Shown: positions 22,638 through 32,538 of the stretch, one piece after another
How the letters are laid out: each line of letters begins with the position of its first letter
Numbering within the stretch: position 1 is the stretch's first letter
Assembly: GCA_964230645.1 (NCBI GenBank)
Contig: CAXRHT010000002.1
Coordinates: 1,216,001 to 1,280,000 of the forward strand
Origin: Bdellovibrionales bacterium
Lineage (GTDB): Bacteria > Bdellovibrionota > Bdellovibrionia > Bdellovibrionales > JAGQZY01
Length of the DNA stretch: 64,000 nt
Direction of reading: 5' to 3'
Position numbers and translations under genes: made by a program
The notes under the pieces: generated by a model
Database searches by the model: none
What the model saw: the letters and a program-made list of their open reading frames with translations, nothing else
Told to the model about the DNA's origin: nothing

Positions 22638-24008
22638 TTAAGATTCAAGCTCGATACCAAAGCCTTTAATTTTGCGGTGAAGGTAGGAGCGCTCAAGACC
22701 TATGGCTTCGGCTGTTTTAGAAATATTACCATTGTTTTCGTTGATTTTTTTAATGATGTATTCTCTCTCGAACATGGCTCTAGCCTCACGGAAACTACCA
22801 GCATCGGTGTAGACGGAACCATTTTCTTTTTGGTTAAGTCCAGCAAAGGTTAAATCATGGACGTCAACGGTATCTTCTGGAGTAAGAATATAGACTCTCT
22901 CAATAAAGTTTTTGAGCTCTCGCACGTTCCCGGGCCAGCTGTGTTTCACAAGCTCTTTAATAGCCTTGGAAGAGAATTTCTTCTCAGGATAGCCCCCACT
23001 CAAACAGGCCTTCTCGCTAAAATGCTGTATCAATTGCTCCACATCTTCTTTGCGGTCTCTTAGAGGTGGAATATCAAAGGGGACCACGTGGAGGCGATAA
23101 TAAAGATCTTCGCGAAATTGTCCCTTACTCACCATGTCCTGTAAGTCTTTGGTGGTGGCAGCAATCACGCGTACGTCCATTTCAATTTGCCGGCTTCCGG
23201 AAACTCTTTGAATTTTATGCTCTTCTAAATATTTAACAAGCTTTGCTTGAACGGCCATTGGAAGATGGTCCACATCATCGAGAAAAAGAGTCCCTTTGTC
23301 GGCTTGATCGAAAGCTCCTTTACGCCCCTCGGAACTTCCAACAACAGCTCCTTTTTCGTAACCAAAGAGTTCCCCTTCGATCAAATCATCAGTTGTATGA
23401 GCACATTTAAAGTCGACAAAAGACTGCCCGGCTCTTGGCGACAAATAATGGATATTCATTGCTACGAGCTCTTTTCCCACACCTTGCTCTCCTTTCACGA
23501 GAACCCAAGAGTTTGTCGGAGCAATACGAGCGATGAGCTCTTTTATTTTTTTGGCTTCATTGCTGTTTCCAATAATGGCCATATTCTGACGAAGCTTATT
23601 AAGAAGACTTCCCTTCTCCATGCGGATGGTACGGACATCAATCAAGTTTTTAAGAAGAATTGAAATTTTATCCATTGAGATGGGTTTTTCCACGAAATCC
23701 CAAGCTCCCAACTTAGTGGCTTCGACCGCGGTTTCAATAGAGCCGTGACCCGACATTACGATAATATCCGGTTTACTTTTCACTTGCACTGAGACTTCTC
23801 GCAAAAGATCCATACCGTCTCGATCACCAGGCATCCAGATATCAAGAAGGACAATGTCAGGCTGGAACTTAGCGATCTTTTTTAGACCCTCTTCGGCATC
23901 CTCGGCTGTATCGACAATATAGCCTTCGTCAGCTAGAGAGGCTGAGAGAACCTCGCGAATGGGAGCTTCATCATCGACGACTAATATTTTCTCTTTCTTA
24001 TATTCCAC
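22638..24008 (-). CDS. ntrX: NtrX-like response regulator (REC-AAA+-Fis HTH)
   Basis: VVDDE/LLDIWMP receiver; AAA+ core; GNISKTAEAIGLERSYLHRK HTH; follows an NtrY-like kinase. Confidence 0.8.
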   Translation of the reverse strand: MEYKKEKILVVDDEAPIREVLSASLADEGYIVDTAEDAEEGLKKIAKFQPDIVLLDIWMPGDRDGMDLLREVSVQVKSKPDIIVMSGHGSIETAVEATKLGAWDFVEKPISMDKISILLKNLIDVRTIRMEKGSLLNKLRQNMAIIGNSNEAKKIKELIARIAPTNSWVLVKGEQGVGKELVAMNIHYLSPRAGQSFVDFKCAHTTDDLIEGELFGYEKGAVVGSSEGRKGAFDQADKGTLFLDDVDHLPMAVQAKLVKYLEEHKIQRVSGSRQIEMDVRVIAATTKDLQDMVSKGQFREDLYYRLHVVPFDIPPLRDRKEDVEQLIQHFSEKACLSGGYPEKKFSSKAIKELVKHSWPGNVRELKNFIERVYILTPEDTVDVHDLTFAGLNQKENGSVYTDAGSFREARAMFEREYIIKKINENNGNISKTAEAIGLERSYLHRKIKGFGIELES

Positions 24009-24109
24009 CAGAATCTCCTCGTATGACCTTCAATTCCTTTTTTACACTAGGCTGACGGCCTTGAATAGACAGCTTTGGCCCTGGGTGTCTAAGTGCTCAG
24101 TTCTGGCCT

Positions 24110-26296
24110 CTAAGCTCGCTTATAAGGGAGTTCGATTAAAACATGAAGCCCTTGGGGCTCATTTCGGCTAAGATGAACGTAGCCATTGTGGTCTTCTACA
24201 ATTTTTTTCACGATAGTGAGCCCAAGCCCTGAGCCGCCTGGACGCTTAGAATAATAAGGTTCAAACATCCGGCGCATCTCCTCGTCATTTACGAACTTAC
24301 CATTGTCGATGACACTCAGGCGAACAAGGCCTTTTTCTGAATCAAGATAAGTTTCAAGGCGAATCTCTGGTTTTTCACCATCCGTGGTGGCATTCACTGC
24401 GTTTTCCACGAGATTGAATACGGCCCGTTTCAGCTGTTCTGGATCAAAGTAAAAATCTCTGAGCTCGTTATCCAAACTCCCGATGAAACGAATGTTACGA
24501 TGGGCGTGCTCATAAAAGGAAATCACCTTTTCAATCAATTCGTTGGCGTTGCCAAGGCGTGCGCGAGTTTCAGGAAGTCTTGCAAACTGACTAAATTCAT
24601 TGATCAGATATTTTAATGAGTCCGTCTGCTCGATAATCATGTTGGTACAGGTTGAAAAGGCTGGATCTTCTATCTGGCCGGAGAACTTTTTCTGTAGACG
24701 TTGGGCTGAGAGTTTAATGGGAGTCAGAGGATTTTTGACCTCGTGAGCGATTCTCCTGGCCACTTCTTTCCAAGCGGCAGCACGCTGACCTTGCACTACA
24801 TCAGTGAGGTCGTCAAAGGCGACCACGCGACCAAGATCATCGCCTTTATCATTGTAAAGGGCCGAGATTTTTAGCATGGAAGGAATGCTACTATCTTTTC
24901 GATCAATAATGATTTCTTTTTCGATTGTATTAAGGCGGTGGGTTTTCATTTTTGTGACCATTTGCCTATAGAGTCGAAAGTACTTTTCATCGAGTACATC
25001 CTGTGCACTTTTATTGATGTATTTTTCTGACTGAATTTGCAGAAGGTCACCGGCTTTATCATTAATCATTGTAATTCGGTCTTCAGAATCCAAAGAGATG
25101 ACTCCGGTATTCACGTTCGACAAAACCACATGCATATAACGTCGTCTTTGATCTAGCTCTTGGAGAGTCGCCTTAAGGCTTTGATTGGCTTCGCTCGTTT
25201 CATTGCGATAACGGTCAAGGGCCAAAACCATTGTATTAAAATGCTCCGCCAATTTAACCACTTCGGTTTCACCCGCTTCGATATTTACTTTTTGGTAATC
25301 GCCTTCCGCAATTTTCTGGGTGGCATCCCCTAACTTCTCAAGAGAAAAAGACAAATGTTTTGAGATGTAGACTCCAAACCAAACCGAGCAGAATAGAATC
25401 ATCAAGGTCATCAAAACTAAAACAATCACGTAAATAGACTTAATCGGATATTCAAGAGGACTCACCCCTCTCATTTCCTCATAGGCCAAAGAGACGTCAT
25501 TCATCTTGGAGATCACAGAAACGGGAATAAAAGAAGAAACGGCCACTAAACCTTTTTCCTCTGGTAAGGGAATCAGAACTCTAACAAGGTTCCCTTGGTT
25601 GAGAGTTTGGATGTTACTTTTTTCGATCCTCTCGTTCATGACCTTTTTGAGGTCCTCAAGCTTTGGTGGAGGAATAATGGGGAAAGTGGCATCATCAACC
25701 AAAGAGAGAATCCTTTCATTCTCAAGGTCTGCGTAATATTCAATCACATCAAGACTTTGCTCTTTACGAAACTCATTGATGATCTCTTTCTTTTTTTCTC
25801 GCTCCTCAACTCCAGTGAGACGCCCCGCCAAGACAAAGGCGGCATTAAAGTTTTTCTTTTTCGCTGTGGAATAGTATTCGTTTTGAATGACCAGTGCACT
25901 CTTCAGGACACTTTGCATTTTATCACTAAACCAGCGGTCGAAACTGGAGTTGATATAAAATAAAGATATGACAAACATGAGGGCTGTTGGAACAAGGCTA
26001 AACACCAAAAAGGTCGCAATCAAACGGGATTTGAGTGAGTTGCCAATGAGTCCCGAGCGATTATTGACGAAAGCTTTAAAAAGATTCCTGAGAATAAAAA
26101 AGCTTAATAGAAGAAGTAGAATTAAGTTGAAATTGATCAGTCCAAAAAAGAATATGGATTGATTGAGGGGAAGCTGCTCGCCAAAACTAAAAATCTTAAT
26201 TTCAAACCAGGCGAGGATACAAAATAGGATCGCCAAAAATAGGGAGATGGTAATTTCCCTATTTTTCTTACGTCCTTCTTTTTCTTTTTGTTTCAT
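24110..26296 (-). CDS. ntrY: NtrY-like sensor histidine kinase (TM-HAMP-PAS-HisKA-HATPase)
   Basis: AAWKEVARRIAHEVKNPLTPIKLSAQRL signature. Confidence 0.88.
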   Translation of the reverse strand: MKQKEKEGRKKNREITISLFLAILFCILAWFEIKIFSFGEQLPLNQSIFFFGLINFNLILLLLLSFFILRNLFKAFVNNRSGLIGNSLKSRLIATFLVFSLVPTALMFVISLFYINSSFDRWFSDKMQSVLKSALVIQNEYYSTAKKKNFNAAFVLAGRLTGVEEREKKKEIINEFRKEQSLDVIEYYADLENERILSLVDDATFPIIPPPKLEDLKKVMNERIEKSNIQTLNQGNLVRVLIPLPEEKGLVAVSSFIPVSVISKMNDVSLAYEEMRGVSPLEYPIKSIYVIVLVLMTLMILFCSVWFGVYISKHLSFSLEKLGDATQKIAEGDYQKVNIEAGETEVVKLAEHFNTMVLALDRYRNETSEANQSLKATLQELDQRRRYMHVVLSNVNTGVISLDSEDRITMINDKAGDLLQIQSEKYINKSAQDVLDEKYFRLYRQMVTKMKTHRLNTIEKEIIIDRKDSSIPSMLKISALYNDKGDDLGRVVAFDDLTDVVQGQRAAAWKEVARRIAHEVKNPLTPIKLSAQRLQKKFSGQIEDPAFSTCTNMIIEQTDSLKYLINEFSQFARLPETRARLGNANELIEKVISFYEHAHRNIRFIGSLDNELRDFYFDPEQLKRAVFNLVENAVNATTDGEKPEIRLETYLDSEKGLVRLSVIDNGKFVNDEEMRRMFEPYYSKRPGGSGLGLTIVKKIVEDHNGYVHLSRNEPQGLHVLIELPYKRA

Positions 26297-26299
26297 TCT

Positions 26300-26767
26300 T
26301 TAAAGTTTATTGATGGAATCAATAACTTGCAACATATCAAGTGCGACTTGGGCGGCCTCAAAGCCTTTATTACCTTTAGCTCCTCCACAGCGGGATTCGG
26401 CCTGTTCACGATTCTCCGTGGTAAGAACACCAAAGGCCACAGGCTTTGAGTATTCGAGCTGAAGTTGTGAGCAGCCCCTTTCTACAGAATTGCAAACATA
26501 ATCATAGTGAGAAGTCTCGCCACGGATAACGATTCCAAGGGCCACGACGGCATCGCAGTCCCCCTTTTCTAAGAGAGCTTTGACCGCCAATGGAATTTCC
26601 ACAGCCCCTGGAACATGCACACGCACCCAGGGTTTTTGGCCTTTTTCCTCGAGACAGTGAATGGCTCCCTCTTCAAGTTTTTTGGTGAGCTTCTCGTTAA
26701 ATAAACTGGTGACAATGGCCACTTTTTTATTTTTTATTGCTTGTTGACCGGCAGATATTAGTTCCAT
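26300..26767 (-). CDS. ribH: 6,7-dimethyl-8-ribityllumazine synthase
   Basis: VPGAVEIP, LGIVIRGETSHYDYV, FGVLTT. Confidence 0.96.
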   Translation of the reverse strand: MELISAGQQAIKNKKVAIVTSLFNEKLTKKLEEGAIHCLEEKGQKPWVRVHVPGAVEIPLAVKALLEKGDCDAVVALGIVIRGETSHYDYVCNSVERGCSQLQLEYSKPVAFGVLTTENREQAESRCGGAKGNKGFEAAQVALDMLQVIDSINKL

Positions 26768-26777
26768 GGGCTTTTTC

Positions 26778-27923
26778 CTAGTTCAAAACTCTTTCAGTGG
26801 ACTTTTTTTTAGAAGAACTGGGGGCTGTTTGTCCAGAAATAACCTCAACAATTTCGAGCCCGAAGCCTTTCAGGCCGATATTGGTGGGCATCTCTTTTGA
26901 AATCAGTCGGATTTTACCGACACCGAGGGAGCGTAGAATCTGGGCCCCGATCCCGTACTCGCGGGGGTCCATTTTTCTTTCTTTCCGAGGCATTCCAAAA
27001 GAATTCACATGCTCTGAGATGACCGAATTAAGACCCTCTTTACGCAGGTAAACGAAAACAGAACTTTCCTCCTCGGACATAGACTCTAGGATCGAGTGAA
27101 TGCGTGAAGAGGAATCATAGCCACCGGCTCTAAAAACATCGCCTAAAACGTTCTCAACTTGAACTCTGGTCATAATGGGTTGATCTTTTTTAATCTCGCC
27201 TTTTTGAATAACTATATTTTCCGAACCATCGAGGACATTCTTATAAATTTTCACACGAAAATCGTTACTGAAAGGATTTTGCAACGGGGCCTCTGCCACG
27301 AGTTTCACGAAGGTTTCATTTTCTAAACGGTAGCTGATTAAGTCCTCAATGCTTCCAATTTTCAAATTGAACTTCTCGGCAAAAACTTTGAGATCGGGGA
27401 AGCGAGCCATGGACCCATCTTCTTTCATGATTTCACAGATCACAGCGGCCGGGTTGAGGCCAGCAAGTTTTGCTAAATCCACACTTCCCTCGGTGTGGCC
27501 CGCTCGCCTGAGCACCCCACCTTTTTGCGCACGAATGGGGAAAACATGACCTGGCATAATGACATCATTGGGTTCGGCATTGGGGCTTGAAGCCACTCGA
27601 ATGGTGTGAGCGCGGTCAGCCGCAGAAATTCCCGTGGAAACTCCCTGAGAAGCCTCAATACTGACTGTAAAAGCCGTTTTGTTGGGCGAGTTGTTTGATC
27701 GTGGACCGACCATCAAGGGAATCCCTAAGCGTTCAATTTGCTCGGCGTTTAGAGCCAGACAAATCAAACCTCTGGCTTCTTTGGCCATAAAATTGACAAG
27801 CTCTGGAGTGACGAAGTCAGCCGCAAGGACGATATCGCCCTCGTTTTCACGGTCCTCATCATCAACTAGAATGACCATTTTTCCATTGCGAATATCTTCA
27901 ATTAACTCACTTGCGCTATGCAT
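26778..27923 (-). CDS. ribB: DHBP synthase fused to a degenerate GTP cyclohydrolase II-like domain (RibBX type)
   Basis: DDEDRENEGD, RRAGHTE, CEIM in the N-domain; the C-domain lacks the Zn-binding Cys residues. Confidence 0.9.
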   Translation of the reverse strand: MHSASELIEDIRNGKMVILVDDEDRENEGDIVLAADFVTPELVNFMAKEARGLICLALNAEQIERLGIPLMVGPRSNNSPNKTAFTVSIEASQGVSTGISAADRAHTIRVASSPNAEPNDVIMPGHVFPIRAQKGGVLRRAGHTEGSVDLAKLAGLNPAAVICEIMKEDGSMARFPDLKVFAEKFNLKIGSIEDLISYRLENETFVKLVAEAPLQNPFSNDFRVKIYKNVLDGSENIVIQKGEIKKDQPIMTRVQVENVLGDVFRAGGYDSSSRIHSILESMSEEESSVFVYLRKEGLNSVISEHVNSFGMPRKERKMDPREYGIGAQILRSLGVGKIRLISKEMPTNIGLKGFGLEIVEVISGQTAPSSSKKKSTERVLN

Positions 27924-28515
27924 TCCATTCTCCCTGAGAGTTCAATAGGCCCTTCATATAATAATCTGTTTCAATATTGATCCAGTCACCCGGCTGTAAA
28001 TGTTCAAGGTTGGTTTTTTTAAGAGTTTCAGGAATCAAGCACACTGAAAAACTCCCATTCTCCACTTCATTGACCGTAAGACTCACGCCGTTGAGGGTAA
28101 CACTGGATTTCTTCCAAAGTGTTTTCTTGTAACGCTCGGGAAGATCAAAGTTTAAAATGAGGCACTCCCCTTCCATCTTTCTTTCTAACAATTTGACTTG
28201 CCCGTCGACATGTCCGGAAACGAGGTGCCCATGGATTCGGTCTCCAAATTTCAAGGAGCGCTCAAGATTCCAGATCATGGACTGTAGAGTTTCAACCGTC
28301 CAGCCCGTGATTTGTAAAGTTTCAAAGCCAACCGTAAAGTCCATAAAATTTTGGTCGAAAGACTCCACTGTCAGACAAACTCCATTACAAGCAATGCTAT
28401 CGCCTTCTTTAATGTCATCAAAACTTGAGGGTCTTTGCATTCGAACCTTGATGGCTTGTTCCCCTTGATGAACTTCCAAGCTTTTTGCCTGCTCCTCAAT
28501 AATGCCAGTGAACAC
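27916..28515 (-). CDS. ribE: Riboflavin synthase (alpha chain)
   Basis: Canonical MFTGIIEE start at GTG 28515; GHLVSGHVD; NGVSLTV. Confidence 0.95.
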   Translation of the reverse strand: MFTGIIEEQAKSLEVHQGEQAIKVRMQRPSSFDDIKEGDSIACNGVCLTVESFDQNFMDFTVGFETLQITGWTVETLQSMIWNLERSLKFGDRIHGHLVSGHVDGQVKLLERKMEGECLILNFDLPERYKKTLWKKSSVTLNGVSLTVNEVENGSFSVCLIPETLKKTNLEHLQPGDWINIETDYYMKGLLNSQGEWNA

Positions 28516-28683
28516 TTTCTTCCTTTCAAAACCACGGCCCGCCTGGGCCTTATCAAATTTTGGCTGGAGAATAGGTTTTTTGATTCGTATTGTCAATTGA
28601 AGGCTGAGTGGAATTCGAAAGTTATTTTAATAGTTTATAGTTGAGCTAAGAACTCCACGAGAAATCCTATAGTTTTTACAACA

Positions 28684-29616
28684 CTAGTCGTTCTGAGGGG
28701 TTGAGTCTTGTTCCTGGAAAGGTCTTTTCTCAAGGGCCAGAAATTCTCCAAGAGAGGGAATATCACCCCCACAGTGATGACTGGTGGAGGGGCGCCAGTT
28801 GACCGAAACATTTTGATCACGCAGAGCTTTTACAAATTCCTGTGTGCCCTCGAAAAGCCCAAATTGATCATGAAGGCCGGCTGAGACATAGTATTGTTGA
28901 TGTCTAGCAATTCCTTGGCTTTGAACACGCCGGAGTGGAGAGAAGCGCTTCCATTCTTCATCATTTTCAAAGTACATGCGACCTAAACCTAATATGGTAA
29001 TAAGGGATTTTGGAGTGGCTCCCGTGCGACCGAGGAAATGATAGATTTCACCGATACCCGCATAAGGCGAGAGATTAAAGATCGGCGGACAAAGCAGAGC
29101 GACTTTAGTGAAATGGTTTTGAAATTCTAAGGCTAGGCTTAAGGAGTTCAGAGCCCCCATCGAACCACCCACAAGAAATCGCCTCGATGGAGCTCCCAGT
29201 TGTTTTTCAATGGCCGGGAAGACTTCGTTTCGAAAGCGCTCAATCAATCCTGTTTTTGGTTTGGACATTTTGGGAGTTGCTAACCACACCGGCCCGAAAG
29301 AAACAGTGATGACAACGGGAATTTCTTTTTGTTTTTCCTGCCAATAAGATTGCAATAAAGCTGGATAATCAGTTCCTTCGAGCCAATAATTTTCACTCTG
29401 ATCTTTGCCGTGAAGAGCGTATAGATAAACGGCATAGTTGGTGCGTGCGTTGGTATGGACACAGTAGGTCCAATCACCCTCGATAAAGCATTCTTTTTTA
29501 GGCTGAATAAAATTGACGTGAGGCCTTGAGAGTCTTTGACGCCCGAGGGCCTGGTAGGTTCCGTAACCCGCCAGAAAAATCACGTAGAGATAAAAGAGAT
29601 ACTTAATTATTTTCAC
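28684..29616 (-). CDS. Alpha/beta-hydrolase (putative esterase), N-terminally anchored
   Basis: LHG, GGSMG nucleophile elbow, GLHD, late His. Confidence 0.8.
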   Translation of the reverse strand: MKIIKYLFYLYVIFLAGYGTYQALGRQRLSRPHVNFIQPKKECFIEGDWTYCVHTNARTNYAVYLYALHGKDQSENYWLEGTDYPALLQSYWQEKQKEIPVVITVSFGPVWLATPKMSKPKTGLIERFRNEVFPAIEKQLGAPSRRFLVGGSMGALNSLSLALEFQNHFTKVALLCPPIFNLSPYAGIGEIYHFLGRTGATPKSLITILGLGRMYFENDEEWKRFSPLRRVQSQGIARHQQYYVSAGLHDQFGLFEGTQEFVKALRDQNVSVNWRPSTSHHCGGDIPSLGEFLALEKRPFQEQDSTPQND

Positions 29617-29686
29617 TTGAATCGCTATTAAAACGGCATTTCACAAATTTGTAAAGCAAAGCTCCGTTCTGACTCACCCGTTTAGA

Positions 29687-30133
29687 CTATCTTAGGAGCT
29701 GCAGCTCTATTACTTCTTGAGGGCTCGAACCTTCCACGAAAGATTGGCAATCCTTCGAAACATCAAAACTGTATTCATAAATATATTCGGACGAATCAAA
29801 CTTTAAAGTGTAGGCGTAGTGGATGTGGTTCCAGGTTTCATCTGTTTTGTAGAACTCTACGATTTGTTCTTTGTACACCGAGCCCTCGGGACTTAAATTT
29901 CTAAACGAAACAGTGTCTTCGTCACTAAGAGTCAGAATAAGCTCTTCGGTTTTCAAAAAACTTTGAGTCTGAAAACCAGTGAGTTCACCATTTTCAGTAA
30001 ATAGAAGTTTTTGAGTATTTTCCCATTGAATTTGAAAAACAGTTTCCCCTACCTGACAGCTCAGTTGAGGAGCGTCCTGGGCTCGTGATAAAGACCCGAG
30101 AACCATTAAACTAAGAAAGATAATAAATTTCAT
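29687..30133 (-). CDS. Secreted hypothetical protein
   Basis: Signal peptide ending SRA; two Cys; acidic. Confidence 0.7.
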   Translation of the reverse strand: MKFIIFLSLMVLGSLSRAQDAPQLSCQVGETVFQIQWENTQKLLFTENGELTGFQTQSFLKTEELILTLSDEDTVSFRNLSPEGSVYKEQIVEFYKTDETWNHIHYAYTLKFDSSEYIYEYSFDVSKDCQSFVEGSSPQEVIELQLLR

Positions 30134-30206
30134 AAATCCCTCACTTTGGGTGAGTTGTACTACAGAACTTTGAGCCCTAAATGGTTAAAAAAAATTGCTG
30201 AAAAAC

Positions 30207-30626
30207 TTACAGTCTTTCTTGGTGTAGCGTGAACTCGTATATGTGAGGGTTGTTTTCGTAGGAGAATATCCAAGGGACATTGGGAGAAACCTTAAACTCA
30301 AAGCTTTGTTGGTTCTCACAGGCCGGCAAATAAGTCATATCCATATCAAGGATCTGAGTGCAGAAATAGCCCACGCCCCGGTAAAACTCTCCGACCCTTG
30401 TGACAATAATTTCCAAACTCCATGATTCTGAGCTGATATCACTTCCCACAGTTATCATGGCTTTACTGCCCAGCTGGGTCGTGATGGTTGGCTGGGCGAC
30501 AATCTCCGAGTCTTTCCAAACTTTTCCTGTCATTGTAACGATTTCGCTTTTTTTCTCCGCTGGAAAAATAGCATGCGCAAATAGAGGTAAAACTAAACTT
30601 AGAATTAAAAAACAATTGCGAAACAT
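30207..30626 (-). CDS. Secreted protein paralogous to the C-terminal domain of the adjacent BlaR1-like protein
   Basis: ATG 30626 with AAGGAG RBS, signal peptide ending AHA; aligns by eye to the C-terminal part of 30629..32068. Confidence 0.8.
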   Translation of the reverse strand: MFRNCFLILSLVLPLFAHAIFPAEKKSEIVTMTGKVWKDSEIVAQPTITTQLGSKAMITVGSDISSESWSLEIIVTRVGEFYRGVGYFCTQILDMDMTYLPACENQQSFEFKVSPNVPWIFSYENNPHIYEFTLHQERL

Positions 30627-30628
30627 AC

Positions 30629-32068
30629 TTATATCTCCTTTTGATTCTTTTTGATAATCCATTCGTTGTGCTCATTTTGATCGAGATGCTTTAAAAAAGT
30701 CCGAGTTTTGGCACCTTTATGAATAGTAAATTCGTAAGTGTAGGGGTTATTAGGAGAATCGAATACAAAGGGCACTCCAGGTTTTTGCGCAAATTCAAAT
30801 CGATTTTTGTCACTACATTTTGGCATTTTGCCGGGTTTAAATTTATTAATCGTGAAGCAGACATCACCGTAGGCCTTTAAGTAATCTCCATCAGGAACAA
30901 CAGTCACCTTCAACGACCAAGTTCCTCGACCGTCGTTGTCGCCCATAATCATTTGCGATGCTTCACCAAATGGAGAGATCATTGTTGGTCGAGCTACAAC
31001 CTTTCCCCTATGATAGATATTTGCCGTTAGTGTCACGATACCTTCCGAACTTCCGCCAGGGTGCTCTGCGGGCAGTGTCCTCACGCTCTTATTATTTTCA
31101 ACAATACTATTTAAAGAATTACCACTGGTAAGTCCCCCCACCGAAAAAGAAATGGGAAGAAGAAAAAATAAGACAATGACTGGAATATATAGGTTGGGCT
31201 TACTTCGCGTGTCTTTATTTTTCATGGCTGAAATCCTTTCAAGCATTTGATTTTTACTGATGAGTCCTAGTCCTAAATGAGACCATTTGTTGTTCGCCTG
31301 TAAGGTCATGATGTCCATTAAGGTTTTTGCATATTCGGAGCCCTTTAAATGAGGCTGCTGCAAAAAGGCATACTGATCGGCTCGCAACTCTATCGCCTCA
31401 AGCAAACGTCTTCCCGCGTACAACAATAGCGGATTGAACCAAAAAAGACTCGCTACAAGCCGTGCTAAAAAGAGTCTTAAGGGATCAAAGAACCTTTGAT
31501 GGGCTTTTTCATGACTGAGAATCGCTTTGATTTGCTTAGTAGAAAAATGATCCAACAGTTTGATTGAGAAAACGATTTGCGGAGAAAAGAATCCAAACAC
31601 AAAAGGCATAATCGACTGATTTGTCACTATCGTTTTGCTTGGAAACTCAAGAGAGTCGACTTTTAAATCACTTGATTTTACGATTTCCGCAATCATCCTT
31701 TTTTCTTTAAACAGGGGCCGGAGAACGAAGGTCCAAACATGAAAAAGCCATCCGACAATCCAGAGAAGGAATAAAAAATCCAACCAAGAAAGTTCATAAC
31801 CAACCGAGGGGCTGACGACACTTTGTTGCTCCCATTGAGGAGATTGCAGTTGCACCCACTGAACCTTGGATATTTTATCCGCGGAAAGCCACTGCCCTAT
31901 TTTTTGAAAAGGAATTAAAATCAAAACAAAATAAAAGGTCCAGAGATCACTGCGCAAATCAGCGACTTTAGACTTTTTAAATGCGTAGGAGATGATAAGA
32001 AAAAGAGGTAAAAGAAGGAGCGAAAGCAAGCTTTGGTTGCAAAGGTAAAAAATCCAATCCTTAATCAT
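30629..32068 (-). CDS. BlaR1/MecR1-like M56 family membrane zinc metallopeptidase
   Basis: TM segments, PFVFGFFSPQI, HEKAH...D, WFNPL, ELRAD; overlaps the blaI stop. Confidence 0.92.
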   Translation of the reverse strand: MIKDWIFYLCNQSLLSLLLLPLFLIISYAFKKSKVADLRSDLWTFYFVLILIPFQKIGQWLSADKISKVQWVQLQSPQWEQQSVVSPSVGYELSWLDFLFLLWIVGWLFHVWTFVLRPLFKEKRMIAEIVKSSDLKVDSLEFPSKTIVTNQSIMPFVFGFFSPQIVFSIKLLDHFSTKQIKAILSHEKAHQRFFDPLRLFLARLVASLFWFNPLLLYAGRRLLEAIELRADQYAFLQQPHLKGSEYAKTLMDIMTLQANNKWSHLGLGLISKNQMLERISAMKNKDTRSKPNLYIPVIVLFFLLPISFSVGGLTSGNSLNSIVENNKSVRTLPAEHPGGSSEGIVTLTANIYHRGKVVARPTMISPFGEASQMIMGDNDGRGTWSLKVTVVPDGDYLKAYGDVCFTINKFKPGKMPKCSDKNRFEFAQKPGVPFVFDSPNNPYTYEFTIHKGAKTRTFLKHLDQNEHNEWIIKKNQKEI

Positions 32069-32454
32069 TTCTCATCTCCTTCCATAGACTCGATCAAGCT
32101 CTTAATTTCTTTTAGTTCAGACTTGGTCAATTTTTTATTCTCAATAAAGTGAGTGATCATGGGAGCTGTGGCGCCGCCGAATAGTTTTTTGATCAAATTG
32201 TTTGATTCTTTTTTAACGTATTGTTTTTTTTCAAAGAGAGGGAAATACTGATGCTCTCGTCTTCCCTTTTCATGGGTGATGAGTCCTTTTTTCTCTAGTC
32301 GAAAAATAAGTGTTTTAATGGTCTTGGGACTCCAGGTGGGATGATCTATTGTCTCAATAATTTCATGGGAGGACTTGGGGCTTTCATTCCAAAGAACTTC
32401 CATGACAAGCCACTCGGAGTCTGAAATTGATGGTAGTTTATTTTTTTTTTCCAT
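32065..32454 (-). CDS. blaI: BlaI/MecI/CopY family repressor
   Basis: ISDSEWLVMEVLW, WSPKTIKTLIFRLEKKG winged helix. Confidence 0.93.
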   Translation of the reverse strand: MEKKNKLPSISDSEWLVMEVLWNESPKSSHEIIETIDHPTWSPKTIKTLIFRLEKKGLITHEKGRREHQYFPLFEKKQYVKKESNNLIKKLFGGATAPMITHFIENKKLTKSELKEIKSLIESMEGDEK

Positions 32455-32476
32455 GGAATCAATACTAAGGAGAATT

Positions 32477-32513
32477 GATTACACTTGTAAACCCAAAGAT
32501 TACATCCGTAATT
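32477..32513. promoter_or_regulatory. Two tandem BlaI/CopY-type operators
   Basis: TTACACTTGTAA (32479-32490) and TTACATCCGTAA (32500-32511), 21 bp apart; match TACA-NN-TGTA. Confidence 0.8.
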
Positions 32514-32538
32514 TTTCTAGACTAAAGATAGGGAAACT

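Noticed and set aside
28516..28683. FMN riboswitch upstream of the riboflavin genes
   Set aside because: No AGGGC...GAAATTCCCGACCG core, and little room.
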